Of a stretch of 32,000 bases of DNA, positions 8,419 through 17,048 are shown piece after piece. Every line of letters starts with the position of its first letter. Position 1 is the first letter of the stretch. The translations under genes were made by a program, and so were the position numbers. Where the stretch lies: NCBI RefSeq assembly GCF_001412615.1, contig NZ_CP013011.1, positions 1,020,001 to 1,052,000 on the forward strand, given 5' to 3'. This DNA is from Pyrodictium delaneyi. GTDB lineage: Archaea > Thermoproteota > Thermoprotei_A > Sulfolobales > Pyrodictiaceae. The notes below the pieces were generated by a model that worked only from the letters and a program-made list of their open reading frames with translations, was not told where the DNA came from and made no database searches.

Positions 8419-8664
8419 GTGAAATGCGGCATGTCGGAGGAGGAAGCTATTATCGAAGAAGAAGCTACGTCAGCAACCGTAGAAGAGAGTGAGGAAGTTG
8501 AGGAAGTTATCGACCTCAATGCCGCACTTCTAGAAGCTATGGTCAAACGCACAGAAATACTGGAGAGGTTCACCAAAGGCGAGGTAGACGCGACAGAGGC
8601 TGGTAGCCTTCTAGAGGCAGTAAAGGTGCCATCCCTCGAAAAGAGGCGGAGAAGAAAACGCTAA
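8419..8664 (+). CDS. rpo13: Small acidic protein with helix-turn-helix-like core and KRRRRKR tail; probable RNA polymerase subunit Rpo13
   Basis: 81 aa with an acidic N-terminus (SEEEAIIEEEATSATVEESEEVEEV). The core LNAALLEAMVKRTEILERFTKGEVDATEAGSLLE is followed by a basic tail. The layout matches my memory of Sulfolobus Rpo13. Alternative start ATG 8431 has GGTGA 8 nt upstream. Confidence 0.45.
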   Translation: MKCGMSEEEAIIEEEATSATVEESEEVEEVIDLNAALLEAMVKRTEILERFTKGEVDATEAGSLLEAVKVPSLEKRRRRKR

Positions 8665-8675
8665 ACATCCATGAA

Positions 8676-9056
8676 TTAGAATGCCTTCTTTATTTCGACG
8701 TCATATCCTAGCCCTTTAAGAGCTTCTACTATCGCTTCAACACTTACCCTCCTATCGAAAATTATTACAACATGCTTTTCTTCGTCCCTTTTGTAGAGCT
8801 TAACCTTGTCTATTACTGCATTACCTTTAATATAATCATCAGGTCTATGGGGCGGCGCGATGTAGTCTTTGAACTTCTTGCGCATATACTCATAGAATTC
8901 ATCAAAATTGCGTATATACCTTATAGTCTCTTGCATGTCCGGTGTCATCTTGCCCATGATTTCCGCTATTTTTTCTAAAAGTTTTATAGCATCCTGCGCT
9001 GGTATGTCAACAGACTTGTACTTCGCCATATCGACTTCCACTACCACTTTGGACAT
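8676..9056 (-). CDS. Conserved-looking hypothetical protein (126 aa)
   Basis: ORF track 8676..9089. Start moved to ATG 9056 (MSKVVVEV...) because GGAGGGTGAGAGC lies immediately upstream. K/E/I-rich composition is typical of hyperthermophile proteins. No motif recognised. Confidence 0.6.
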   Translation of the reverse strand: MSKVVVEVDMAKYKSVDIPAQDAIKLLEKIAEIMGKMTPDMQETIRYIRNFDEFYEYMRKKFKDYIAPPHRPDDYIKGNAVIDKVKLYKRDEEKHVVIIFDRRVSVEAIVEALKGLGYDVEIKKAF

Positions 9057-9373
9057 GCTCTCACCCTCCACGTACACTAAGCGCCACATAAGTTATCCTT
9101 TCAAGCCATATATTTTTAATAATACCATTATGCATTCATGGAAAGCGGCTTCATCCCTCGTGCCAGCCTACAAAACGGGGCTTCACCACAGTTCTCCTGT
9201 AATGTGCCCCGCCGCGATTACTGCACACTCATCGGTCAGCCGGTAGTCTAGAATTACGGCCCACCACATAAAGTCTAAGCATCGCTCTACACGATTGTAT
9301 AGCAGGGTTCTACCCCTAGGAGCTTTATAACTCAAAGTGGTAGAGGGTATTCTGCGAGGAAGGGTAGATAGCC

Positions 9374-9619
9374 ATGAGCATATTTTGGGAGCGTTGTAGT
9401 ATATGTGGTAGGCATCGTCCGCTACGTCAGTGCTGGATTCACAGTGATCGCAACATCTGTGCATATTGCTGTATAGCGTGTCCGGAGCGGAAGGTGTGCC
9501 CCAAGCCTGTATGGTTCCCCGAGCTACGAGAACCCCGTATAACCCGTGACAGATCTGAAGAGAGGGTAGAAGCGAGGAAGGCTCTTGAAGAACTCTTGAA
9601 GAGACTTGAATCATCCTAG
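9374..9619 (+). CDS. Small Cys-rich (9 Cys) protein with charged helical tail
   Basis: 81 aa: CSICG...C...CAYCCIACPERKVC followed by an R/E/K-rich helix. GAGGAAGGG lies upstream of the ATG. Preferred over the overlapping antisense 143-aa ORF on composition. Confidence 0.5.
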   Translation: MSIFWERCSICGRHRPLRQCWIHSDRNICAYCCIACPERKVCPKPVWFPELREPRITRDRSEERVEARKALEELLKRLESS

Positions 9620-9647
9620 AGCTAAAAATACTAACATCACTTATTCT

Positions 9648-10409
9648 CTATATGCGTGGCGATACCCAGTATATTAATGTGCCTCCGCTTGGCAAGTCAA
9701 AGCTTATCCTCATTGGAAGCGCTTCACCGTATTGCACTGTAACTGTATCGGCAGCCGTTGTAGCCTTTACACTCGCCTTTAGCAGATCTATCGAGTACTT
9801 AGCTTTGACTGGCGTGTTACCAGTAACATCCAGGCTTATGAGGGGCTCACCGACCCGTAGTACTCCCATGTAACGTTTCTGAGCAGACTCTGCATAAACC
9901 TCAATCCTATCCTCATAACTGCTAAACTCTACCTCATCACTAACTATCTTGGCATCATTTATTATGTTCTTGAAGTCGTCCGCCATCATGCGCGCCGTAA
10001 CTGTGAGTTCTACCTGCGGTTCACTAAACTCCTCTACTACGCCCTCACGCAACGGAACGTAGAAACTACGCACTACACCAGTCTTCTTATCTATGAAGTT
10101 TACTTCTAGACGCCTACGTTCTTCATCAAGCTTTAACTCTACTAGGTCATTGCGCGTCCCCCTCTTAGCTATACGGTTAAGCTCGTCAGCTGGCACAATG
10201 AACGTCTTCTTATCCTCATCTAGCTCATATTCCTCGAAAGCCACCATTGGCAACCGTAGTATTATCATAGTAGTCTTATCAGGTGTTAAAGTTCTCACAT
10301 CGATGCCGTCCTGAGTTGCTATGAATGGTATCTCATCCATAACTTTGGCTATTGTCTGGATTATATACTTGAACTTAGTTGCAGCTGGGTATACTGCTCG
10401 AAAGCCCAT
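9648..10409 (-). CDS. pcn: DNA polymerase sliding clamp PCNA
   Basis: 253 aa. PCNA-like sequence throughout by eye (FRAVYPAATKFKYIIQTIAKVMDEIPFIATQDGIDVRTLTPDKTTMI...). Length and two-domain repeat pattern fit archaeal PCNA. Which crenarchaeal paralog it is cannot be told. Confidence 0.85.
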   Translation of the reverse strand: MGFRAVYPAATKFKYIIQTIAKVMDEIPFIATQDGIDVRTLTPDKTTMIILRLPMVAFEEYELDEDKKTFIVPADELNRIAKRGTRNDLVELKLDEERRRLEVNFIDKKTGVVRSFYVPLREGVVEEFSEPQVELTVTARMMADDFKNIINDAKIVSDEVEFSSYEDRIEVYAESAQKRYMGVLRVGEPLISLDVTGNTPVKAKYSIDLLKASVKATTAADTVTVQYGEALPMRISFDLPSGGTLIYWVSPRI

Positions 10410-10488
10410 AGTATCCCCGCTAGGAGAAAACTGGAAGAGGAACCAGCTTTACTATTTCCGACACCTGAGGTATAGGGTCAACTATGCA

Positions 10489-10563
10489 ATGATGCAGCTC
10501 TACCCGCCTCGAGCCCCTCACACATGACGGTTGAGGGGCAGTGAGGACCTTACCACCGGCTGA
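10489..10563 (+). ncRNA. Candidate C/D-box sRNA with an internal hairpin between D' and C'
   Basis: ATGATGC (C, 1 mismatch) - 12 nt - CTCG (weak D') - 29 nt with a perfect 8-bp hairpin - GTGAGGA (C', 1 mismatch) - exactly 12 nt - CTGA (D). Lies in the 178-nt gap between two minus-strand genes. Confidence 0.35.
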
Positions 10564-10587
10564 GCCTTCTCTCAGTTTAGCCATGCT

Positions 10588-11379
10588 TTAGAGCACCTCT
10601 AGCCCCTCCGCGCGCGCTATATCCCTAAATCGCTGTGCATCTTCTCCCATGTACACATTGTTGAACATTATGTAAACTTCTTCAAACCTATATTCATCTA
10701 TATAGCCTCGTACAATCCCGACAAGCCTTCTTAGGTCTTCATCTGTGTATTTGTATTTGTAGTTCACTTCTCTTCCACCAATACCGTGAAGACGTAGATA
10801 CAGAATCTTCTGGCCACTACACACTACTGGTTTTCTCCTAAACGGGTCAACAACATGTATGACTCCTACCCCGCATATTATGTCTTCCAGTATGTCTCTG
10901 TGTTCGTGCCAGTCCCCGCGAGGCTCCCATCCAATAACTATTGTGTTACCCGTATAGCGCGTTGCCAGCATGGAGAACTCCTTAGCGTTTTTGACATTTG
11001 TTTCACTATAGCTGAAGCTTGGTGGCGTCTGCAGCACTACTACTCTTGCACCAAGTATTCTTGCAGCCTCAATAGTCTTTATCCATGCATCTATATTCTC
11101 CTTTGTCGGCTTTAAGTAACCATAGTTCTCTATATTGCCTGTCGGCTTTATACCAGCCCGCCGCCACGTAGGACTTGAGGCTGGATGAGTTATAACCTGC
11201 CACGCTTTAATGTTGAAGACAAAGCTATTAGGCGCCTCTCTACGCCATCGCTCAAGCGTGCTCTTCTGCGGCAGCTTGTAGAATGTTTGCTGTACCTCAA
11301 CGGTATTGAACAACGTGTAGTATTTCTTGCGTGAGAAGGGGAAGCCACAGCAACCAACAAAAACTTTCACACCATCCAT
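10588..11379 (-). CDS. DUF72 (UPF0759) family protein
   Basis: 263 aa. N-terminal VGCCGFP and a later LYLRLHG motif. TIM-barrel-like pattern typical of DUF72. Confidence 0.7.
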   Translation of the reverse strand: MDGVKVFVGCCGFPFSRKKYYTLFNTVEVQQTFYKLPQKSTLERWRREAPNSFVFNIKAWQVITHPASSPTWRRAGIKPTGNIENYGYLKPTKENIDAWIKTIEAARILGARVVVLQTPPSFSYSETNVKNAKEFSMLATRYTGNTIVIGWEPRGDWHEHRDILEDIICGVGVIHVVDPFRRKPVVCSGQKILYLRLHGIGGREVNYKYKYTDEDLRRLVGIVRGYIDEYRFEEVYIMFNNVYMGEDAQRFRDIARAEGLEVL

Positions 11380-11397
11380 GGGGTCCCCTAGTTCCTA

Positions 11398-11820
11398 TTA
11401 GCGCTGGAGAGGCCTGACTTGTATGAATCGGACTTCGTCTAGCTTTGATAGCTCTGTCTTGACCGCATCTATGTCTATACCACTCCGCGATAAATCTATT
11501 ATTATTATACACTCTGCATACTCACCCCGCTTGACAGTAGTACACTGCGTGGTGACTTGATCTACATTAAGCTCGGCCAGTTTCTCAGATGCTTTAGCTA
11601 ACGCACCCGGCACATCTTTAAATTCGATACGCATTTCGAAGAGCTTGCCCTCAGCGCTCGGCAACGGCGTTAATACGATCTCACGCTTATCAGGGTCAGC
11701 TATTAGTATAAGGTTCATACCCTCGATGATGTTTAAAGCTTCCCGAACTACCAGAGGTATTGTCACCCTACCCTTGCTATCAACTTTTACTATCTCAGCT
11801 AGCCGCACTCCTACCACCAT
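11398..11820 (-). CDS. AbrB/SpoVT-like DNA-binding domain fused to an ACT domain
   Basis: 140 aa. N-terminus VKVDSKGRVTIPLVVREALNI (swapped-hairpin AbrB/MazE signature). C-terminus IEFKDVPGALAKASEKLAELNV...IIIIDLS is ACT-like. Confidence 0.7.
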   Translation of the reverse strand: MVVGVRLAEIVKVDSKGRVTIPLVVREALNIIEGMNLILIADPDKREIVLTPLPSAEGKLFEMRIEFKDVPGALAKASEKLAELNVDQVTTQCTTVKRGEYAECIIIIDLSRSGIDIDAVKTELSKLDEVRFIQVRPLQR

Positions 11821-11867
11821 TCCACATGTGGAAATGTAATGAAATAATATAACTTTTTGTCAACACC

Positions 11868-12740
11868 CTACCTGTCCATGTTTTTCTCGACAATCTCTAC
11901 TATTTTCTCTGCAAGCTCTAGTATTGCTTTCGACGCCTTGCTGTCAGGATACTTTACAAAGAATGGCTCGCCGGCATCATTGGCTCGTGATATACGTGGA
12001 TCTATGGGTATCTCGCCGAGGAACCGCACACCGTACTGCTCTGATATCTTCTTAGCTGCACCTTCGCCAAAGATGTAGTGTTTACTACCATCAGGGCATT
12101 CAAAGTAGCTCATGTTCTCTACCACCCCTATTATGTCTACGTTCATCTTACGCGCAAAGTTAATCGCTTTAGCTACGACGACACGAGAGACATCAGATGG
12201 TATTGTAACTATTATTGTGCCGGTAAGATCACGTATAAGCTGCGCTATTGTGAGCTGTTCATCTCCTGTACCTGGCGGGAGATCTATGAACAAGTAATCG
12301 AGTGTACCCCAGTCCGCGTATGCCAACATCTCACGGATAGCTGATGTAGATAAGGTTCCACGCCATATTACTGGCACATCTTCTTGTGGGAGCAGCAGGC
12401 CTATTGAGAGAACCTTTACACCGAGCGGCGCTGTTACTGGTATTATTCTACCATCAGTTGTGGCCATAACTGTTTCTCCTTGTACCCCCATCATCTTTGG
12501 TATCGATGGACCGTAGATGTCGGCGTCTAGCACTCCTACTTTTCTACCTAGATAACTCATAGCGAAGGCCAAGCTAGCAGTGACAAATGATTTACCTACA
12601 CCACCTTTACCGCTGAGGATCGCAACCTTGTACTTAATCTTCTTCATGTTTTCTTGTATCTTTTTCTCTTGTTCACGTATCTTTTTGAATGCCTCTATAC
12701 GCGCTTTAACTTCTGGCGGAATCCTCTGCTGTGACTCCAT
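11868..12740 (-). CDS. Mrp/NBP35/ApbC-family Fe-S cluster carrier ATPase
   Basis: 290 aa. Deviant Walker A ILSGKGGVGKS, DLPPGTGDE switch region, and a CPDG motif after ENMSYFE. Confidence 0.85.
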   Translation of the reverse strand: MESQQRIPPEVKARIEAFKKIREQEKKIQENMKKIKYKVAILSGKGGVGKSFVTASLAFAMSYLGRKVGVLDADIYGPSIPKMMGVQGETVMATTDGRIIPVTAPLGVKVLSIGLLLPQEDVPVIWRGTLSTSAIREMLAYADWGTLDYLFIDLPPGTGDEQLTIAQLIRDLTGTIIVTIPSDVSRVVVAKAINFARKMNVDIIGVVENMSYFECPDGSKHYIFGEGAAKKISEQYGVRFLGEIPIDPRISRANDAGEPFFVKYPDSKASKAILELAEKIVEIVEKNMDR

Positions 12741-12926
12741 ATAGCTTCCCCTAATCGTGGATTCACTACATCTCCGTGTATAGGCTCTACACGATATAAC
12801 GTATTATATTCACACCCTAGTATACTACCACTTAGCAACCTAAGCCAGCAATAGACATGTAAGATAGACCTACTAGTAGCACATAGTCCTATAAGGCAGG
12901 CTGGGGTATAACGAGGGCTACAAGCT

Positions 12927-13610
12927 ATGAGACGAAGTAATCTAGTCAAAAGAACGCTTGCCGTTACTATGTTGAACTACTTGCACAAATTCTACACATA
13001 CAAAGAACTCAGCAAGAAGCTTTCAATACCACAATCTATGATAAGCAGGTATATACGCGGACACAACCTCCCAAGTGAGTATCACGCAGATGCAATAATA
13101 GACTTCTTCATGAAAAGTAGCATCGTTAGAGATTACCTTGGCAAACTCCTTTCTAGAGGCGCTATAGACGAGATAGTCTCAGATAACGACCTACTTGAGA
13201 TATTGGCATTTATATCTCTAGAGAAAGCACGTAAAATAGATCCAGTATTTGATTATATAGTTATAATTAATGATATTTCCTCATTTATAGGTTTGCGCAT
13301 AGCATCACAACTTAGAGCTAAAGTAATTGTTGGATTCATTCCTCCACTCGTCCCTCCCGGTGCAGATCTATGTATAACTATAGGACAGTACATTAATTCG
13401 TTAACTATATGCTTAAAAGCAAGAAATATCGGCAAACTACGTAGATCTAGTGCACTCTTTGTACACCCTCTAACATTACCACTTGAATATAGCATTCATG
13501 TGAAAAGTAAACTCATGGACTTCTTTGGGAATATACGCATACTTGCACCGTTATGCAATAGCAATCTAGATGACGAAAAGATAATCTGCGGCTTTATAAC
13601 GGAGAGCTAG
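12927..13610 (+). CDS. HTH-domain putative transcriptional regulator with uncharacterised C-terminal domain
   Basis: 227 aa. YTYKELSKKLSIPQSMISRYIRGHNLP is an XRE-like HTH. The C-terminal half faintly resembles a phosphoribosyltransferase fold but lacks an acidic PRPP motif (ALFVHPLTLP). Confidence 0.5.
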   Translation: MRRSNLVKRTLAVTMLNYLHKFYTYKELSKKLSIPQSMISRYIRGHNLPSEYHADAIIDFFMKSSIVRDYLGKLLSRGAIDEIVSDNDLLEILAFISLEKARKIDPVFDYIVIINDISSFIGLRIASQLRAKVIVGFIPPLVPPGADLCITIGQYINSLTICLKARNIGKLRRSSALFVHPLTLPLEYSIHVKSKLMDFFGNIRILAPLCNSNLDDEKIICGFITES

Positions 13611-13642
13611 GGTAAATTGTATAGTTGAGAGGCCATTCAGCG

Positions 13643-14143
13643 ATGACCGGGGTTTTAAACACTGATTTACAAGATGATGTCGAACCCACGCAGGGAGCAC
13701 GCTTCTGCAACAATATACTTAGATCGCGAAGCTTAGAGCTAGAGGCATATGCTGAGATAAATGACTGCAAATTACTAATAGTGTATGCTCCAAGTATTTC
13801 TGCAGAAGAGTCAACACCACTACTTGTTGGCTGCATCTATCATGCAATACTACCAATAGATGCTTATGCCACACCAAAACTATTGGAACACGGCGTACTC
13901 ATAGCTACACCATTACGTAACAGAAAAGTAGTAGCACGCATAAACAATCTAGATATAGAGCATACATCATACATATACAAAGACGGCTCGATACTTATCC
14001 TAGTAACCACTAACAGCAATGCCTTGGAAGAAATAATTGATTTCACAAATACTATAGACTTTAATAATATCAACTATTTCTGTGTTAATTCGTTTAACGA
14101 ACTTCCTGATAAAATATATGATGTATTACCTAGCCACAAATAG
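13643..14143 (+). CDS. Hypothetical protein (166 aa)
   Basis: ORF track 13625..14143 begins with TTG; the first ATG is at 13643. AT-rich gene. No motif recognised. Confidence 0.45.
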   Translation: MTGVLNTDLQDDVEPTQGARFCNNILRSRSLELEAYAEINDCKLLIVYAPSISAEESTPLLVGCIYHAILPIDAYATPKLLEHGVLIATPLRNRKVVARINNLDIEHTSYIYKDGSILILVTTNSNALEEIIDFTNTIDFNNINYFCVNSFNELPDKIYDVLPSHK

Positions 14144-14195
14144 CTACATGACAACTATAATACAGTGATGGTTTCAAACCGGCGGAGATGTTGCG

Positions 14196-15809
14196 GTGAG
14201 CAAACAATTGTACCTGAGGTTTAAGATATGCCGTTGGCTCGATAAGGACGAGTTCAAGGACCTAGTCAGATTGGCTTCTTATATTGGTAGGCGTGATGGC
14301 TGCAGCTGGTTCGAGATTAGTTTTAGCAACTCACATGTAGACAAGTTGCTTGATCTACTAGATTCTCTGAAAACATTTGGAGCTGAGTTTGATCAAAGAT
14401 CTAAGCAAATTGTAGATAAACTTCTGGCTGAAGCCAATACTGTTGAAATAGATGCTTCTACTTCAGGATTCCTAGTAAGATCTAGAAGGCTTCTCTTAGA
14501 TTACCTCTCCACTTTCCGTGCAAAAGGCTTAGTTAGGTATTCAAGAAATTACAGAGGCTTTATAGTTAAACCATATGCTATTGTAGATGTCATTGACCGG
14601 TTACAACGCGAAGGATTTAAGGTGAAAGATAATACTGGTCTCCTTTATTCCAAGAAAACTCTCAACATAGTGTTTAATGGTAAGTTACGTAGCTACCAGG
14701 AGGAGGCCATCAATGCCTGGCGTGAGAACCGCTATAGAGGTGTAATAGCTCTACCTACTGGATCTGGTAAAACCATAGTGGCATTAGCAGCCATGGTTAC
14801 TCTATCCGTCCCTACACTCATAGTTGTTTATACACGCGAACAGCTGAATGAATGGGCTGAAAAGATAGTCAAGTTTACTAATCTTGATAAAAATAATATA
14901 GGACTATTCTATTCTGAACAAAAATCTATTAAATTAATTACTATAGCTACATATCAATCTGCCTTTAGAAATATAGATATATTATTCGACAAGTTCTCAT
15001 TACTGATAGTTGATGAAGCACATCATTTACCTGCAGAAAAGTTCAGAGCAATTGCCGAGTCTATACTAGCCCCTTACAGGCTTGGATTATCCGCGACACC
15101 ATATAGAGAAGACGGGCGTCACGAAGAACTCTTCCGACTTGTAGGAGGTGTTGTATACGAACGTTCTCTTAGTGAGCTATTAGAGGAAGGATTCATCGCC
15201 TCTTTCGAGATCGTACCGGTACTTGTCCAGCTCGAAAGAAAGGAATTCGAAGAGTATAAAAAGTTAAAGAAAAAGTTTATAGTTATGGCGCGTGGAAGGA
15301 AGGTGGACGAGCTCGTTAAAGCAGCCTCCGCAGGCGACGATTCAGCTAAACAAGCTCTTCAATTACTCTCACGCATAAGACGTGTCCTAGCGTTATCTAA
15401 ATCCAAGGTAGAGGAGGCACGACGAATCGTTGAAAACGAGCTTGCAAAGGGCTCAAAGATAATAATATTTACACAGTATGTTGATCAAGCTGAGACTATA
15501 GGAAAGGAGCTTGGCATCCCTGTGGTCACAGGCAAGACAGAGAAACACAAACGGAGGATAATCTTCGAGTTATATAAGCGTGGACGTTTCAGAGCCATAG
15601 TCTTGACCACCGTTGGCGATGAAGGCATTGATATACCAGATGCCAATGTAGGAATAGTTTTGTCTGGAACTTCCTCGCGTAGACAGTTCATCCAGAGACT
15701 CGGGAGATTGCTTAGACCCCAACCAGGTAAGGTGGCAAAGCTATACTATATTGCTGTAAAGGGGACTCAAGAAGAAACAGCTCTTAAAAAGCTTCTCAAT
15801 TCTATATAA
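14196..15809 (+). CDS. xpb: XPB/Rad25 (SF2) DNA repair helicase
   Basis: 537 aa, GTG start. Motif I ALPTGSGKT, motif II VDEAHH, SATPYREDG (the XPB RED motif), motif VI QRLGRLLR. N-terminal ~150-aa damage-recognition-like domain. Confidence 0.85.
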   Translation: MSKQLYLRFKICRWLDKDEFKDLVRLASYIGRRDGCSWFEISFSNSHVDKLLDLLDSLKTFGAEFDQRSKQIVDKLLAEANTVEIDASTSGFLVRSRRLLLDYLSTFRAKGLVRYSRNYRGFIVKPYAIVDVIDRLQREGFKVKDNTGLLYSKKTLNIVFNGKLRSYQEEAINAWRENRYRGVIALPTGSGKTIVALAAMVTLSVPTLIVVYTREQLNEWAEKIVKFTNLDKNNIGLFYSEQKSIKLITIATYQSAFRNIDILFDKFSLLIVDEAHHLPAEKFRAIAESILAPYRLGLSATPYREDGRHEELFRLVGGVVYERSLSELLEEGFIASFEIVPVLVQLERKEFEEYKKLKKKFIVMARGRKVDELVKAASAGDDSAKQALQLLSRIRRVLALSKSKVEEARRIVENELAKGSKIIIFTQYVDQAETIGKELGIPVVTGKTEKHKRRIIFELYKRGRFRAIVLTTVGDEGIDIPDANVGIVLSGTSSRRQFIQRLGRLLRPQPGKVAKLYYIAVKGTQEETALKKLLNSI

Positions 15810-15947
15810 GTCCTACAAACCACTATCCATGGCCAGGTATAGGGTTATGTTATGACTAGGCTAGGCTGTATTCGGAAGATAGGCGCGTAATGCAATATAA
15901 GGCGTGGTGTTGCAGCATTGGCGATAGGAGAAGGAGGGGCTACTTGT

Positions 15948-16958
15948 ATGAGCAGTGGCAGTCTACAATTGTACCTTAGCGGCAACGGTAATATTGATCT
16001 ATTGTATGATAATAGCTTGCCAGAGATAACTCTTGGAGGGGCGGGACACCCCACTAGCTATACAGTTACATTCGAACATATATTAAAGACAAGATCCATA
16101 GATAAGGCTCTTCTCGAGCTAGGCATTAGAGTAGCATCCATGGAAATACCTAGGTGGAAGATATCATTTAACGATGTTGTGCTCACACGGGAGTTCAAAC
16201 CTTTACTCTGTGTTGAGATAAGCAATGGGTACTTCTGCAAGATAGTTTTCGATGTGACACCCATTGTAACTTCAAAGGATAGCAGCCAACACAAAGTAGA
16301 CATAGAATACATCGGTGTAAAAGAATTATCTATAGATCACATAGGTCTTCTCATGCTGGGCTCCTATGAAGAAGCTATGTCGATCTATAGTTATTGGAGC
16401 GGCGCTGTATCTCTCCAACCTGGATCAGCGACAGATATCGAGCTTCCGTACGAGTTCGAGCATGCAAAGGCAAAGATTATCGCTTATCTACCTCACAGCG
16501 ATGCCAAGTTACTCATTAGTTCTGACTCTGTTAACACTATAATAGAGAGAACAACTGGTATGAACGAGTTAATTGTTGATCTGGGCACAACCAAGAGGTT
16601 AAAGCTTGAGCATAGAGGAACTGGCAGTTACTACCCAAGGGAGATACTGTTGTCATCTATCCTTGTGTACCAGATGAACGTTCCTGAGCCCAGCATAGAT
16701 GTAAATCATAGAATTGTAAACGATATTGCCGAGATACAGTTATCTAACAGCGGCAGTGATGCAGCCGAGAATGTTGTTGTAGTATCTATAGCTGTTGGAA
16801 ATGTTATAGACAGAAAGGTCCTGGGTAAGCTTGAGCCCGGCGATGCTAAGAAGCTACAGCTCAAGATAAAGCATGGAGCTATAAATACGATTCGTGTAAT
16901 ATGGAAACATAGGGGCAAGACGTTCTTTAAGGACTTAAAAGTTAGAACCGAAAGCTAA
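15948..16958 (+). CDS. Hypothetical protein with C-terminal CARDB-like beta-sandwich
   Basis: ORF track 15918..16958 (TTG). ATG 15948 is preceded by GGAGAAGGAGGGG. The C-terminus IAEIQLSNSGSDAAENVVVVSIAVGNVIDRKVLGKLEPGDAKKLQLKI resembles CARDB domains. No signal peptide seen. Confidence 0.5.
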   Translation: MSSGSLQLYLSGNGNIDLLYDNSLPEITLGGAGHPTSYTVTFEHILKTRSIDKALLELGIRVASMEIPRWKISFNDVVLTREFKPLLCVEISNGYFCKIVFDVTPIVTSKDSSQHKVDIEYIGVKELSIDHIGLLMLGSYEEAMSIYSYWSGAVSLQPGSATDIELPYEFEHAKAKIIAYLPHSDAKLLISSDSVNTIIERTTGMNELIVDLGTTKRLKLEHRGTGSYYPREILLSSILVYQMNVPEPSIDVNHRIVNDIAEIQLSNSGSDAAENVVVVSIAVGNVIDRKVLGKLEPGDAKKLQLKIKHGAINTIRVIWKHRGKTFFKDLKVRTES

Positions 16959-16979
16959 CTCCATATCCTCATAGTCACA

Positions 16980-17036
16980 GTGATGAATTACTCCCGGACA
17001 GACTATGCAAGAGATGAAGAGAACTTACCCAGCTGA
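16980..17036 (+). ncRNA. Candidate C/D-box sRNA (57 nt)
   Basis: GTGATGA (perfect C) - 12 nt - CAGA (D') - 11 nt - ATGAAGA (C') - 12 nt - CTGA (D). Lies in the 90-nt gap between convergent genes. The D guide is complementary to a conserved 23S rRNA motif as I remember it. Confidence 0.45.
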
Positions 17037-17048
17037 GCTCTACACTAC

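Noticed and set aside
8331-8576. 81-aa minus-strand ORF antisense to the Rpo13-like gene
   Set aside because: It is a Ser-rich low-complexity sequence generated by the complement of the GAA/GAG-rich acidic region.
9239-9251. tRNA-like 5' fragment GCCGGTAGTCTAG (possible split tRNA half or att remnant)
   Set aside because: The downstream sequence cannot close a D stem (no GGAC/AGAC), and no anticodon or T arm follows. The match is only the common GTAGTCTAG D-arm motif.
9183-9614. 143-aa minus-strand ORF overlapping the Cys-rich gene
   Set aside because: It is S/T/P/L-rich and K/E-poor, unlike the other proteins in this window. It looks like the antisense shadow of the plus-strand gene.
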